64,000 nucleotides of DNA from NCBI RefSeq assembly GCF_037042905.1, contig NC_087250.1, forward strand, positions 20,834,001 to 20,898,000. Direction: 5' to 3'. Positions 49,994 through 63,539 of this stretch are shown here, one piece after another (positions within the stretch are counted from its first letter, which is position 1; each line of letters begins with the position of its first letter). The stretch comes from Lytechinus pictus (lineage: Eukaryota). A program made the position numbers and the translations under genes. The notes under the pieces are model-generated. The model was given only the letters and a program-made list of their open reading frames with translations. It did not search any database and had not been told where the DNA came from.

Positions 49994-50275
49994 GGAGCGT
50001 TGTGGCCCAGTGGATTAGTCTTCTGACTTTGAAACAGAGGGTCGTGGGTTCGAATCCCAGCCATGGCGTAATTTCCTTCAGCAAGAAATCTATCCACATT
50101 GTGCTGCACTCAACCCAGGTGAGGTGAATGGGTAACCGGTAGGATTAATTTCTTGAATGCATGAGCGCTGGGAGGCAGCTCGAGCTAAAGCCGGGGTAAT
50201 AATGATAATAATAACATCGCGCCTCGGAATAGAACATTTCTAGATAGATGGCGCTTATATATATTATTATTATCA
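49994..50275 (+). mobile_element. tRNA-derived SINE, full length
   Basis: A box TGGCCCAGTGG, B box GGTTCGAATCC, ACCCAGGTG..AATGGGTA core, (TAT)n tail. Confidence 0.88.
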
Positions 50276-50379
50276 TTACCTTATGTCACATTTCGAAAGT
50301 AAAAAACAAAACAAAAACTTTTGTTACCCCTTATTTACAACAAATCCGGAAAGACTTCCGAAGGTCTCACATAAACCTA

Positions 50380-50888
50380 ATAAGAAAAGAGCATGCAGGA
50401 CAATATTAAGAACCAGGTATGTATCATATAACGTGGCTCTAAATACCTTAAAATTTGCATCACTCGAAAGTCGAAGAGAAAAACTTACCACCGATTTTGC
50501 CTTAAATTAGAAATTAATTCCACTGAAAACAAACTCTTTTATTTTTACGACGTACAAATGAATATAAGGAGAAAACATGTAAAGCAAGCGAAAAAAGTCA
50601 GAATAGTACTCTACCAAGTCTGACAAGATTATTAAACAAATACCATGGTAATTAATTTTGTAATTTGTAAGATAACTGCACAATATTGTGCTACCTATAG
50701 TTCTATCCCTTTGAACTCTATTTTAACTACACATACATGTTTGTACTTTTAATTGTATATTTATTATTAATCTTAATAATTTTAATTATTTTCATATATT
50801 GGTATTGTGTAAACATGTACAATTCAGTCTATGACTGCCAATTGTTTTGTTTTTTTGTTGCAATAAGCCTGAATTGAATTGAATTGAA
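50380..50888 (+). mobile_element. LINE 3' fragment related to 12335-15473
   Basis: KRACRTIL..Y.SY..AL..L...L.SRREKL..DFA matches the end of the intronic LINE; (GAATT)n tail. Confidence 0.75.
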
Positions 50889-51799
50889 ACCCATGACTTT
50901 GTAAAGGAAACTTTAACTACAGAAGTACAGCCACCGGCCTAACAATGAAACGCTATTCCACGCACTTTAAAATTAAACGATTACAATAAGCCAGTTCACG
51001 GTTAGCTCATGATCAACTTTTCTCCAATGACCTTTGTGATTTTTCATTAGGATAAGCACTATAATTTTCAAATGTAGATGTTGCGTAAGCTTTACCGGTA
51101 GAGTATTCAAATTCTAAGAACAAAAGGCATTGTATAGACCAGGTGACTAGAATAGTACATCAGTGATAAAGTTTGGAAATCTGTTTTATTGTCTGCCTTT
51201 GGCACATTTCACTATTGTTTAGGCTACTGTCAAATACCAGTGATTATGAAGGCTCTATTTATTACTCTTCAGCTTGGACGTGATAAATATTTTGAAAGGA
51301 ATACATGAATAATCATCGAATCACAAATGCCTATGTCAGTGAATTTGAAAGCCACCTTCATGGTTGTCTCCAATGACCTTTTTCTGCTCGTGCGCAGTTT
51401 ACCACCGTGAACAGGCTTATACTCTTTGGCTGTGGCCGTAGAGGAGCCGTGGCCGAGTGGTCTATGGGGCTTGATTGGACATCCGGGGATCGCGGGTCCG
51501 ATTCTCGGCAGCGTAATTATTTTTCACACCGCAGTCCCGGACACGATATGAATATTCATGACTTGCGTCTTCGGAATAAGAGTACGCATGCGCGTGGATT
51601 TATTGTGGTCGATCGCGCATGCGTACTTTTATTCTGAAGACGAAAGTTACCTTTTCTAAACTACTCATAAACCCGTTTTGGAAACGGTATAATGGAGGTT
51701 TTGAACTTAAATTCTGAATATACAAACAACTTCAGTAACTGCATTTTACCCATCATTGTCAAATCCCCGTGCTTACTCCTTACCATTTTTTTACTGTGT

Positions 51800-52155
51800 T
51801 TAAAGAGAAATTCCAGTAGTTGCAGTAAACACTGATTTCATGAGAAAGTCTGTAAAACCAGGCTTAATTGTCAGTATATCATCGAGGATCTAGATCTGGT
51901 ACAGTTACATAAACTGAACTTTGTGAAATCTTGAAATCTACGCTGAATAATGTTCAGACTGAACTTCCCCAACACAGATAAGCGCACGTGGGACAGTGTA
52001 TAATTATTGCTTAGAGCGTCGGGCCCGACGCTCTACCCGAATCCTGTGCTTATTTGCTGATTTCTCAGCAATTACACAATTTCTTCCAGAATCCTTTGGC
52101 ACATGCGTATTATTTATACAAACAGACATTTGGTGGTAATTTCATTGGATTATGA
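51800..52155. mobile_element. one end of a Kolobok-type element, truncated at an (AAACTTT)-like repeat
   Basis: TTAA-AGAGAAATTCCAGTAGTTGC..CATGAGAAAGTC; inverse of the end sequence at ~62740-62888. Confidence 0.6.
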
Positions 52156-55094
52156 GACTTAAACTTTAAATAAAACTTTAAATTAAACTTTAAAACTTTA
52201 ACTTAAAGTTTAACTTAAACTTTAATTTAAACTTTAAAACTTTAACTTTTTTTTAATTTTTATATTGGTACATTGATTTTGAACAAGGTTCATATTATCT
52301 CTCTATCGATTGACAACCCACGGCCTAATAAATACGATATGCTGTTCAAGATGTCTATGGCTGAACGCAGTCTTGCAATTAAGCAGAAAATTAGCGAGTA
52401 TCCGAAATAAGATTACTCGCTGTCAAAATATCCTTTATTTTTTACATTTTTTAGAACATTAGTCTGGCGAGACGAAATATGTATGTATATATTTTTACTC
52501 TTATTTTTGTTAGTTAGTAAAGAAAAAATCCCATCAAAAGTATTTTAAAGTATTTTTTCTGCCAACTGTTCACAATGAAATCATAATTTTACCCAAAAAA
52601 TGTTGTTTTTAAACTGCAATAATCCACTCTATAGTTTTGCCATTCTTACATTTGCGCTTTTTTTTATGGAAATCGATTACAATAGTAAAAAAAAAAAAAA
52701 AGGATGTCTAAGGCGCCTTGCTGTACCAGGCTAGTCCGGGGTTCGATTCCCGGCCGCGGCACCTATGCCCGTGAGCAAGGCATTATTTAATGGGCAATGC
52801 TCTTTTATCTTGCTATCAAATAAGTGAAAATGCTATACGCATTCTTCGTAACTAGGTATGCACTTTTTTTTTTAACGTTTACAATAGTTGATTACAATCA
52901 TAAAAAAGGCATTCAAAGGCGTAATCAGTTTTTAAAATAACCAAAATATTGACTGACAATATCTAAGTAAGAAATCAATTTACAATCTTTTTAAGAATAA
53001 TCGTGTGATGACGCCTGCTGTGAATAAAATTATGTTTCAGGTCATATTATATCATTAAATTCACCATTTCATGCCTCCTTAACTTATTTTTCTTGGTTAT
53101 TACCCGCGCGTTGAAGTCCTGCTCTATTATCTTTCTTTATCTCTTTTCCCTCTTTATTTTCATTTCCCTTGTGTGTGCTTCCATGTTTTCTTGTTTCTTG
53201 TTCTTAGTTTTTTTGTTTTGCTGTTCCCTGTTTTGTCATCTTCGTGTCTGTCTTCGTAGGCAATTCTAAAATAATTATTAAGAGGGGTCCACACAATACA
53301 AGCACTTTGCTTATATATAATACTCTGTTTTGTTTTGCTTTTACTTATAGATAAATATCATATACTGTACATGCCTGAATTCATTTTGTCTGTATAAGTT
53401 CACTGTAACTATTTGGACCACATAACTTTGTTCTGTTGAAAATGAAATAAAATATATTGAATTGAATTGAATTGAATACTCATTGAGCCATTGTAACATT
53501 TTCTTTTTAGATAATGTTATATTTCTATTCGCAAAACTAATTATTAACGTGAAAAAAATGATCACCATCTAAATATTTGACCATATGATTTAGACGGGCC
53601 GCTGGATACATCCATGATACCAGAGCAGAAATTAAAGAAGAATTAATCCTCCGCCTGAAAAAATTTAGTTTTTCAATAAATGAAACAAAGTTTGTTTGTT
53701 TTTCTCCTTATTTTTTCAGTAGCAAGAATGAAAAATACTGCATGTTTTGATAGGAAAGAGATGGTGCATGCTGGTCCTCATGAAGTCGTTTCATAACGCC
53801 GTTTATAAATGTACTCATCAATTTACACAAGACTGGAACATATTCTTAGGTGCTAAGTCAATTACGTAGGCATGCCAGGGATGTATCATTTAGCGCAATT
53901 AAAGGGTTACCATCAGTCGTGTGCAAGATCGTTAGTTGTCTCGGGATCTGTTTCATAGATCTTATTCAAGTAACGAATTGGAATCATTCTTTCTAATTGG
54001 CTTATGGTAATATTTTAATAGAAATTCTGCAATTTTTGAAACGGAACCTTGTTAGAGCAACGTCAAACAAAATATATACAATAGTAAGTATGTAAGCTTC
54101 ACATCGTTATTAGAAAATTAATTATATTCAGCCTTCAGTTGAATATGCATTTTGTGACCAATGTCTAATTTGTGTTTCATTGTACTGAGGGCATAAATTT
54201 AAAGAAGCAAAATAAAACCCCTTAAATCAGATAATTCACCGTTAAAATTTTGGAGATGGTTAGTCTCTCACAATCGATTATAGTTTGATTATAATCGATT
54301 TACTTTCAATTCCTAAATTAATGTGCAGATTGTTCTTTTTGTATCCACCATTCTCCGTAGTTCTAGAGCGTTTCTTTTATCATTAACAATATTTTGTCTT
54401 ACTTTATATTCCACAAATATGAATATTAAATATTGCATACCTGTTGTGTTAAATTCGTAATAAAAATCGACATTGTACTAATAACGCAATTATATTTTAC
54501 AAAATGGGTAAATATATTAATTTTTCTGTTACATATGTGAAGATAAAAATCACGTAAATTTGTTAATTTTGTCTACACGCCAGATTCTTTCAATTCAAGG
54601 CGTGCATATTCAGTGAGCAAGATGGGCCTGCAGTGTGAAATCCTGTTGTTGAGATCTTGATTTTTCAGATTTCCCCCCTGGCCTTGTTTCCGACACGTTA
54701 AAAAAAAAATCCGGGGATTTCCCGAATTTGGGGAGGGAGAATTGGAAACCGTTTAACCATTGTTCGAAGACAGTCACACGTTGATTACGTAACTTTAAAG
54801 GTTAGCGAATAATCACTCAATGAAACGGCCTATCGATGATACCGTTGCATACGCATCCTATTTATTTGATACATTTATTCCTTTCAGTTTTGTGTTCTCA
54901 GGGTAGCCCTTTCAGTTTCGTAAATTGATTTACGACAGTGCTCACTCAAGAGTAACATTCTGTCAAAACTTTTACTTTCATTGGATAGATGAGACCCAAA
55001 TCCAAGATTATATGCGAAAAATTACCTACATGTTGTATATTTTTTAATTCCCAGGGCTTTTTCAAAGTGTAAACTTTTTTAGATACGCACTGTA

Positions 55095-55370
55095 TAGCGC
55101 TTTATCAATCTACGACTGCTTTAAGCGCTTCACAATTATTATTACCCGGTCACTGGATTCATAGCATTTCAAGCAGCCTGTTAGGAGGCGCACACTTGCT
55201 AAACAAACCACAATGACGGTTTTTCCTACCGGTACCCAACTAGCACCTGGGTGAGAGTGGCAAAATGTGGATTGAGGCCTTGCCAAGGGACGCTAGGCCA
55301 TGGTGGGATTCGAACACACGACCCTCTGATTACAATGCGAGAGTCAGAACCGCTACACCACGACGCTTCC
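55095..55370 (-). mobile_element. tRNA-derived SINE
   Basis: Minus strand TGGTGTAGCGG, GTTCGAATCC, CCCAGGTGCTAGTTGGGTAC. Confidence 0.85.
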
Positions 55371-57321
55371 ATTTGTTGTTTTTGTTGTTGTAAGCACTGT
55401 GGACTATTTAGGGAAAAGCGCAATATATTAATAATAATGATAATAATAAAGATTTAGTTGGGGATAGGTTTTCACTTTCATATACAATCGATTCACTTTG
55501 CTGAGAATATAATCGACTATAATTAATCAAAACATTTTTAATAATAAAAGTGATAAAATATTATAATTCATTCAACACAACAACAAATTTTGAACAAAAA
55601 AATTGAAATAGATACATACGCTCATCTTTGAGCTACATTAGAAATATTGAATGGTTTTTTTGGTCCACGTAGAACCAAACTATTTCTTCAAATATATTTG
55701 TTTTTATATTTAGTCTCCGAAGGAATTACTAGGAAGGAAATGATTTAAATCAATCTCAAAATGTTGTCAAGGACTCGATTAACTTCTTCAGTCCTACAAT
55801 GAAGAAGGAGGAAGGTACTCATTGTTACATATTTGTTTTTCTGATTTCGAAACAGAAAAAGCAAACGCGAAGTATCAAGTGACAACTAATTCTATTTTCG
55901 GGATTTACAAAAAAGAAAAACGGCATTTTTCAATATATTTATTCAAGAATGAAATGTGTAAAACGGGAAAACGGTTAATTTTTCCGTTTAACTGTTAACT
56001 TATATTTTGATTTGTAGTTTTTCCTTTGAAAAACACAATTGAATTGAAATTTAGGTTTCTTTTTCTGTTTTGCGTTCACGAAACAGAAATTAGAATTGAA
56101 ATCTCGTTTCCTTTTCCTGTTTCGCCTTCACGAAAAAAATTTGAGCGCGACTTTTCGTTTCCCTTTTCCGTTTCGAAATCAGAAACACGTATTTTCTGAT
56201 CGTGCCGCCGTCAAGGTTCGTTTAGATATTTTTTTTTCTTTTGGCCAAACGGAATATTGAAGACTGCTGAAGCTTTTGCAAAACGGACGTACTCATAATG
56301 TATACAGGGTCATTTACGCTCGAAATTTAGTAAATGTTATTTAATAAATTATTTAATAAATGTACATAAAAGCCAATGTTTTTTTAAATATATTTCCAAT
56401 GTAAATCTTCTCCGGGTTTTTAACAATAAACATTGATTACTTCTTAATTCCCCCAATTTTGTCAAGGACTCGACTTGCGCCGTTTATTCCTTGATATATA
56501 TCTCTATAAAGGCGCTAGGCAGGATTACACTTGGGCAATAATTTGAAAGGCTGTATTTTGTCCCAAGGCCCTCCATCGTTTCTCCCACATGAATACACGA
56601 GGTATCACAGGCGTAAAACATTTCCCGTAGACTCGGGTGTTTAAATGGCACTTTAAAAAAAATCATTAAAAATAATCATGAAATTCGGGGGTCGAGGTTT
56701 ACTACCAGTGGATAGGATATATATTTGATAATCCATAATTGATCAGAAAAAGGTCGCTCGACCGGCTCATTTTGAAAATAAATCGGCATTTACGAAGGAA
56801 TCCTTGAGAGATCAAACCTGAAACATTCAAATAGCCCTTATTCTTCCGCCAGTCAAAATATAGTTCCAAAGTTGGTGATATATCTTCCCAATTTGGGAAA
56901 AGGAAGTTTAGTAATTGCCAAAAAAAGAATCAGTGCTAGATGGACAGTCATATTCTTCACACACTCCAACAAACTTGCATACAGTGTACTGGACATATAA
57001 AGACATAGCAGACGACGTCAGTGCAAACCTCGCGATCAATGTAGGACTCATAGCGTGCATAGTGCAGAATGTTCCATAGCGGCTTTATGGAGGAAATCAC
57101 ATTACAGAAGGATAAAATGAATACACTAATAATGTTCAGCGTTGATTCGCAAAATTTTGTGTCAATATCATGAATTGTAGTTCCTTTTAACATTGAAAAC
57201 AACATTTTCAAGTGAAAGGTGCAAACAAAATTTAGTTTTCAGACTTACCTATGCCATGTATGCAGTGGTAAAGCTTGGATGCACCCCTCGTATGATGGGC
57301 CTGTCGCAATATTCAGAGACA

Positions 57322-57545
57322 TACACATTAAAAACGCTGTTTAAGATTTTAAACAACGCTGTTTACTATATGAACCTTACAGTATTTGCTTAACCTTTCA
57401 AACAATCATGTTTGATTTATTGAAGATTAGATATTGAAAATTAAACTTTGTTGCTTAAGATTTAAACACTTGTTTAAAATGTTTAAACAATTAGTGTAAG
57501 GTTCATATAGTAAACAGCGTTGTATATTTTTGTTTTACTGTGTAT
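57322..57545. mobile_element. CAC-terminus MITE
   Basis: ACAACGCTGTTTACTATATGAACCTTACA / TGTAAGGTTCATATAGTAAACAGCGTTGT inverted; TACAC..GTGTA ends. Confidence 0.75.
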
Positions 57546-58632
57546 CCCGGAGGAGACATATCCAACTTTCAGATCATAACGGACTACTTGGAGTGTCAAT
57601 ACTGATCCTCTAAGGAAATTGATGGTGGACCACTTCAAGAAAACCCAAGAAAGATTAGATGAAATTGAAGACAATGAAAAGTCAAGGAAACTATATCACT
57701 TGTTATGCAAGTCGGATTAAAGTTGACTGAAGCAATGGAATCGGCAAATTTCAATTCAAAAGAGACTGATAAAATTCAGACAAAAATTATACCTATGACT
57801 GATTATACATGAAGAAGAAGTTTGACCACAGAAACAAGGATTCTTGGTCCGCCAAAATTTGTTATTTTGAAAATAATTTTGTACCTATATATGCTGTTTA
57901 GGGTTATCAATATATTCTATTTGTATTGTATATTCTAGTTAAATTGTATCAGTTAATCATTCTGTGTTTTTCTCGATTTTGTAAGGCAAAGTTTATTTTT
58001 AAAAGAACTGAATAAATTTATATAATATGTAGGAAAAAGGAGAAAGTGTAACCAACTTTCCATAAATTAGTGTCTGGGTATTACCCTATAGAAATAGTTT
58101 TTCAAATAGTATGATCGATTACATCCTTATTTGCTGTCTTTATGGTGTCTAGTCTATCCTCAAGACAACAAGGTTTTACCTCAAACAAAATATGTTTTAT
58201 TTACTGCAATAAATATCTATTAGATGTTCTTAATCAAACTGATAATAATGATATTAATAATAGTACTAATTCTGATAATAATAATGATGATGAAATGATG
58301 ATAATAACAACGATATTAATAATAATGATAATAATAGTGATGATGATGATGATAATGATGATAACAACAATAAGATTAATAATAATAATAATAATAGCAT
58401 TAATAATAACGATAATGATAATGATTTTGGTCCCCAACAAAATAAATGACAAATAAACATAACAAATAGATAAATGTCGTCGGTACAAAGATTTTGAAAG
58501 TGAATACAAATTAAGCTGATGAATTGTCATTGCTAGGGAAATGTAACTATGTTTTTAAACTAATATGAGAGAGGGGAAGGGGGGAGATGAGTAAAGGGGG
58601 TGCAAATAAGGATCATTATTCGTAAACTGAAT

Positions 58633-58972
58633 GGCCCCTATTCTGAACTCCGGTGGAAATTAATCCCTGGTTTTATATATCTAAAGTTGTTGTTCAACTA
58701 CGGAGAGTCAATAGTGGCACAAATCCCTTACAGTACACATTCAATTTATTAACTCATTTGACACCCAAATTGTTCATAATTGTCTGGGAGTGATTTTTTT
58801 TTTCACTATGAAAGCTGAGGGAAACAAAAAAGTAAACATAAGGAACATACAACGTAAACTTTTTTTTATTTTTGGCTCCCCATAATTTTAGTACAAAGTT
58901 AGACCATGGTCTAAGCATGGAGCTATCAATAGCTCTATGGTCTAAGTTAAACCTGACATCAGAATACCGGCC
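58633..58972. mobile_element. decayed PIF/Harbinger-like MITE
   Basis: GGCC..TATTCTGA / TCAGAATA..GGCC termini. Confidence 0.5.
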
Positions 58973-59605
58973 AATGTGTTTCGGTGACGTTACAACAGCG
59001 TGGTGATTTATACAACTTTCAGGTTTCCTGGATTTCAATTTTTCACATCTGCAATTTGACTTCATATCAGAACGCAGCCACGAAATGATTGGCAGCACTT
59101 GGCATAATGGACCATGGTAACCGTATCTCCTGGTCCGCTAAATATTGTATCGTAATAATTAATCTCAAGAATGACCAATAACTAATTAGATAAATATATA
59201 TAATCTATTTTGTAAACTTTATTCTAGTTTGCGAAACGTCGGCCTGTAAAGATTATTCAACTATATTTTGCAGTGCAATGTTTCATTTTTCAATCGGTGA
59301 ATATAATGGATGAAAACCATTTACCAAAATTTTGTGTATGGATATAATTGAAAAGAAATTGAAAAGCGTATTGAATGGAATATCATATAATCGATTATAT
59401 AATTATTTGCTGTCTATAATTACTTCGCGTTGCTTTGTCCAATCATGAAGCATACCGAAGTGTGACGTCATGATGTCATGACAACGAATCGACTGGTTCT
59501 AAACTCAGTCTCAGCTCCACGATCGTCTATACACATTTGTATTTCCACAAAATGGTGATGGGATTTATCTCTAATTGTTATCATCATTCTGAGAGTCATA
59601 ACAAG

Positions 59606-59773
59606 GCGCAGTTTCATTAAACTGTTAATAAGTTAAGAGCGACTTTAAGAACGACTGGTGATCCTTTCTTATGGTAATGGTATAATAAATTGGCGATGGC
59701 ATAGCGAGTAATAAAGGATCACCAGTCGTTCTAAAATTTGCTCCTAACTTACGAACAGCTTTATGAAACGGCA
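59606..59773. mobile_element. palindromic MITE (family of 31619-31792)
   Basis: Shared sequence and inverted arms. Confidence 0.82.
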
Positions 59774-59851
59774 TGAGGGTTCATTTGTTTAGAACTAGGC
59801 CGCCATGACACCATGGCAACTGACGTCATCGCTATGGTACTACAGGCAAAT

Positions 59852-60443
59852 TTAAAGGAGAATGAAACTCTTTGAGCAAGTTAGCTTTTGTGAAAGCAGA
59901 AAAATCAAAGAATAAGACCAACAAAAGTTTGAGTGAAATAGGACTAGTAATAAAAGAGTTATGAGCATTTGAATGTCGAGATCACTAATGCTATGGAGAT
60001 CCTCCCATTGGCAATGCGACCAAGATCTATGATGTCACAGATGAACAACTCTCCCCTTTTGGACACTGAAAATATACCCCAAAACATCTCTTTTTGCTCA
60101 TTCTAATCATATGACAAACCATTCATCAATGATATAATGTTGTGAAACCTCTTTACTTGTCCTCTCATAAAGAGAACACCTCACCTTGTGATAGACTCTA
60201 TAAAAGTGAGAATATAAGTGAAATAAGTACTAAAGTAATGAGGGAGTTGTACGTATGTGACATCACAGATCTTGGTCGCATTGCCAATGGGAGGATCTAC
60301 ATGGCATTAGTGATCTCAATATTCAAATGCTCATAACTTTCTTATTATTCATTCAATCTTCCTCAAACTTTCAACAATATGTTTCTTTGATTTTTCTCTT
60401 TGATATGGATTCAGCTGGTTTCAAGGGTTTCATTCTCCTTTAA
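59852..60443. mobile_element. Kolobok/T2-type MITE, near-identical to 2062-2653
   Basis: Same length, same TIRs and TTAA; about 15 substitutions by manual count, no indels. Confidence 0.9.
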
Positions 60444-60880
60444 GGTTTTTACCTTGAACAAAATGATTGACATGCACATATTTTTCACTGCAATGCATTT
60501 ATATTAGATAATAATGATAATGAATAATAGCAATGGTAATAATAATATCCAGCGCTTAGAAACATTCGTATTAAGCACTTTATACATGTTGCACATTATT
60601 ATCATTATTACTAATAAGCTGGAAATTAAACTTCTGTTCAGCAGCAAAATGTGCGATTTGAGTGGTGAAATGTTTTGTCTGCCAAAGTGGAAATGAAGAT
60701 GTCATTGATGTTAGATCACAACTCACTAATAATATTCGTTTGAGCGCAACTATTTTCGAAACGGCAGATTTTGTATTGATTAATAACAATTTGAATCCGT
60801 CTCGTACAGATACGGGCAAAACACATGAATAACCAATAAGATACCGTGAATATTATGTGTGCGATCCGAATGAATACGCT

Positions 60881-62888
60881 TTGCATGACACCACCCCCCC
60901 CCCCCCCCACCGAACCAATCACCGGAAGTTTTCATCACGTGGTCGGCGAGATATGAGACTTGAATTCTTTTACACAAAGTAACCAAGTTACATGAATGGA
61001 GTTTTAAATAATGTCTTAAATTAATATTTTCATGAAGTTGAGAGAAATGAGATCATTTTCCATCCATTTCATGCTAGTGATTATAATAACGACGTATTTC
61101 TGAGTAGATAATCTTCAAATGTCGTTTTAATACCAATAGCGATTACCACTATAATCGATTCTAATCTCCTAAAAAATTCAATCTTTTTGTCGGCGAACGA
61201 CCTAGCTTGCGTGGTTCGCTGTATACATAATGATTAAAGGAGAAGTTCACCTTGAAGAATAAATTGTTGTCAAAGTTGCAGAAAAATATAACAATACCTG
61301 TGAATATTTGAGGAAAATACATCAAAAGATCAAGAAAGTTAGATTATTTTATTCGTGACGTTAGAAACGATCAGCGTATGTGGAGCTGTGTGTGTCATAA
61401 TCTGCCTGTTAATGTATGCAGGGTACATTTTTTTTCTTTTTTAGAAAATAGCATTTCAGTGATTTGATTTTTATTATCATTACACGATATTAAATGGGAA
61501 GGTGCTCGTATGTTAAAGGACAAATGAGCAAAATAGGCACGGAATTCCATAAAATGTCAGGTATTTAATACTAATACAGTGTCCCACATATGCTTTTCTG
61601 TGTACGCGATCTTCATAATTATCGATTTGGAGCCAAGATTTCATGATATTACAAAGATATGTTTACATCAATGTACCAGATCTGGATGTATGATATTTTG
61701 ACAATCACCCTTGATTTAAAAGACTTTCTCATGAATAATATTTTGCTGTAACTCCTGTCTTTTACCTTTAAAAACACTGACAAATCAGGATTGGGTACTG
61801 CGGTTATAATTAAAAACGATGTAATGCGTAATAGAAAGGAGGTCCAACACGACAGCGTTGAGTTATACAGTGTGCATTAAAAACACTGAAAAATGAGTGG
61901 ATTATGATGAAAGTCAAAATTTGTAAACTGGCTTTCATAAACTCCAATAAATCATAAGAAAGAGAAAAGTATAGTCGGTCACATTGCATAAGATGTGTAC
62001 GCATGAAGGATAGCGGATGAACAAATTTCCACGCAGTGCTGTGGATAAATTGTAGCTACATCAAGGCCCCATGGCCAAATCCATTGTGGAAGGTTTCATT
62101 TTGAAGCTAGAACTATAGGATAAATATATTACTATAAATTAGATCAATACAATATCAGCAACAAAAACTACCTACAGCACATTATGTTTGCAGTTACAGG
62201 GGTGGTGGAGCCGGCGGATGCGGAAAATGATAAAAATGATCATATTTACAACAATAAATATGCGTATAAAATGAACATATTTACAATAATGAATAAGCAT
62301 ATAAACATGAATTTATTTGTAGTAATAACATGTGTAAAATTAAGAATGAGCACATTTAAAATCAAGGTGAGTAAAGATTTAGAACCCTTTCCGGTACTTG
62401 CATGACACCACCCCCCCCCCCCCGAACCAATCACCGGAACTTTTCATCACGTGGTCGGCGAGATATGAGACTTGAATTCTTTTACACAAAGTAACCAAGT
62501 TACATGAATGGAGTTTTAAATAATGCCTTAAATGAATATTTCATGAAGTTGAGAGAAATGAGATCATTTTCCATCCATTTTATGCTAGTGATTATATTAA
62601 AAAATATGTGCCAAATATCTCTGGAAGAAAGTGCGTAATTGCTGAGAAATGAGCAAAATAGGCACGGAATTCCATACAATGTCGGGTATTTTTCATTACT
62701 AATACACTGTGCCAAGTATGCTTTTCTGTGTAATTGATCATCAGAATTATCGATTTTGAGCTAAGATTTCATGATTTTACAAAGATAAGTTTACATTGAT
62801 ATACCAGATCTAGATATATGATAATATTTCGACAATTAACCTTGATTTAAAAGACTTTCTCATGAATAATTGTTTGCCGCAACTACTA
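60881..62888. mobile_element. two tandem copies of a Kolobok-like terminal segment (60881-61085 + ~61520-61771, and 62398-62888)
   Basis: Near-identical CCGAACCAATCACCGGAA.TTTTCATCACGTGGTCGGCGAG.. blocks; first copy ends CCT-TTAA. Confidence 0.65.
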
Positions 62889-63539
62889 CAAATTCACGTA
62901 TGAATGATTACAAATCATCAAGTGTGATAATGCATATTTTCATATTTTTTGTGATCATTGAAGCGTAATTCGTAATGCTTCAAGGATCATGACTTATTTC
63001 TTATTTTTCTGAGAGATTAGACGACATGCTTTCATTTCATATAAAATTCAGATCCTTTTCACCTGTTTTATCTATTTTGACAAGAAATGAAATATTAAAA
63101 ATGAATCTAATTACACCCCTGTACAAAAATCAATAGGGCAACAGCTGTCAGGCATCAATTCGTTTAAAATTGTTTATGAAATCTAAAATACCGACTGAAA
63201 TATTAAGAAATGTATATCAATTGAAAGCATAACATCTCTCGAGAAAAAAGGAGAAATAAGTCGTGATCAATGAAGCATAGCGCGCTACGCTCTATAATCA
63301 CAGCAAGGCTTAAAAATATGCATTACTGCATTTCATAATCCATAACCGTTCATCCGTGACCGATCACAATTTCCAACTAGGTGCAAAAAATTGCTATACT
63401 TCCCTCTTTCATATGGTAGGCCTATATAATTTATTGTATTTTATGATGGCTAAATAAGGATTTTTTTTTTATTTTTTGTGGAAAAGATAAGGAAGATTAA
63501 AAAAGGAATTGACGCTTTGAATGTTGTCCCTGACACTAG

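Noticed and set aside
27700..63500. second SLC5 paralogue or other host exons downstream
   Set aside because: No SLC5 motifs or convincing spliceable frames found by eye; very short exons could be missed
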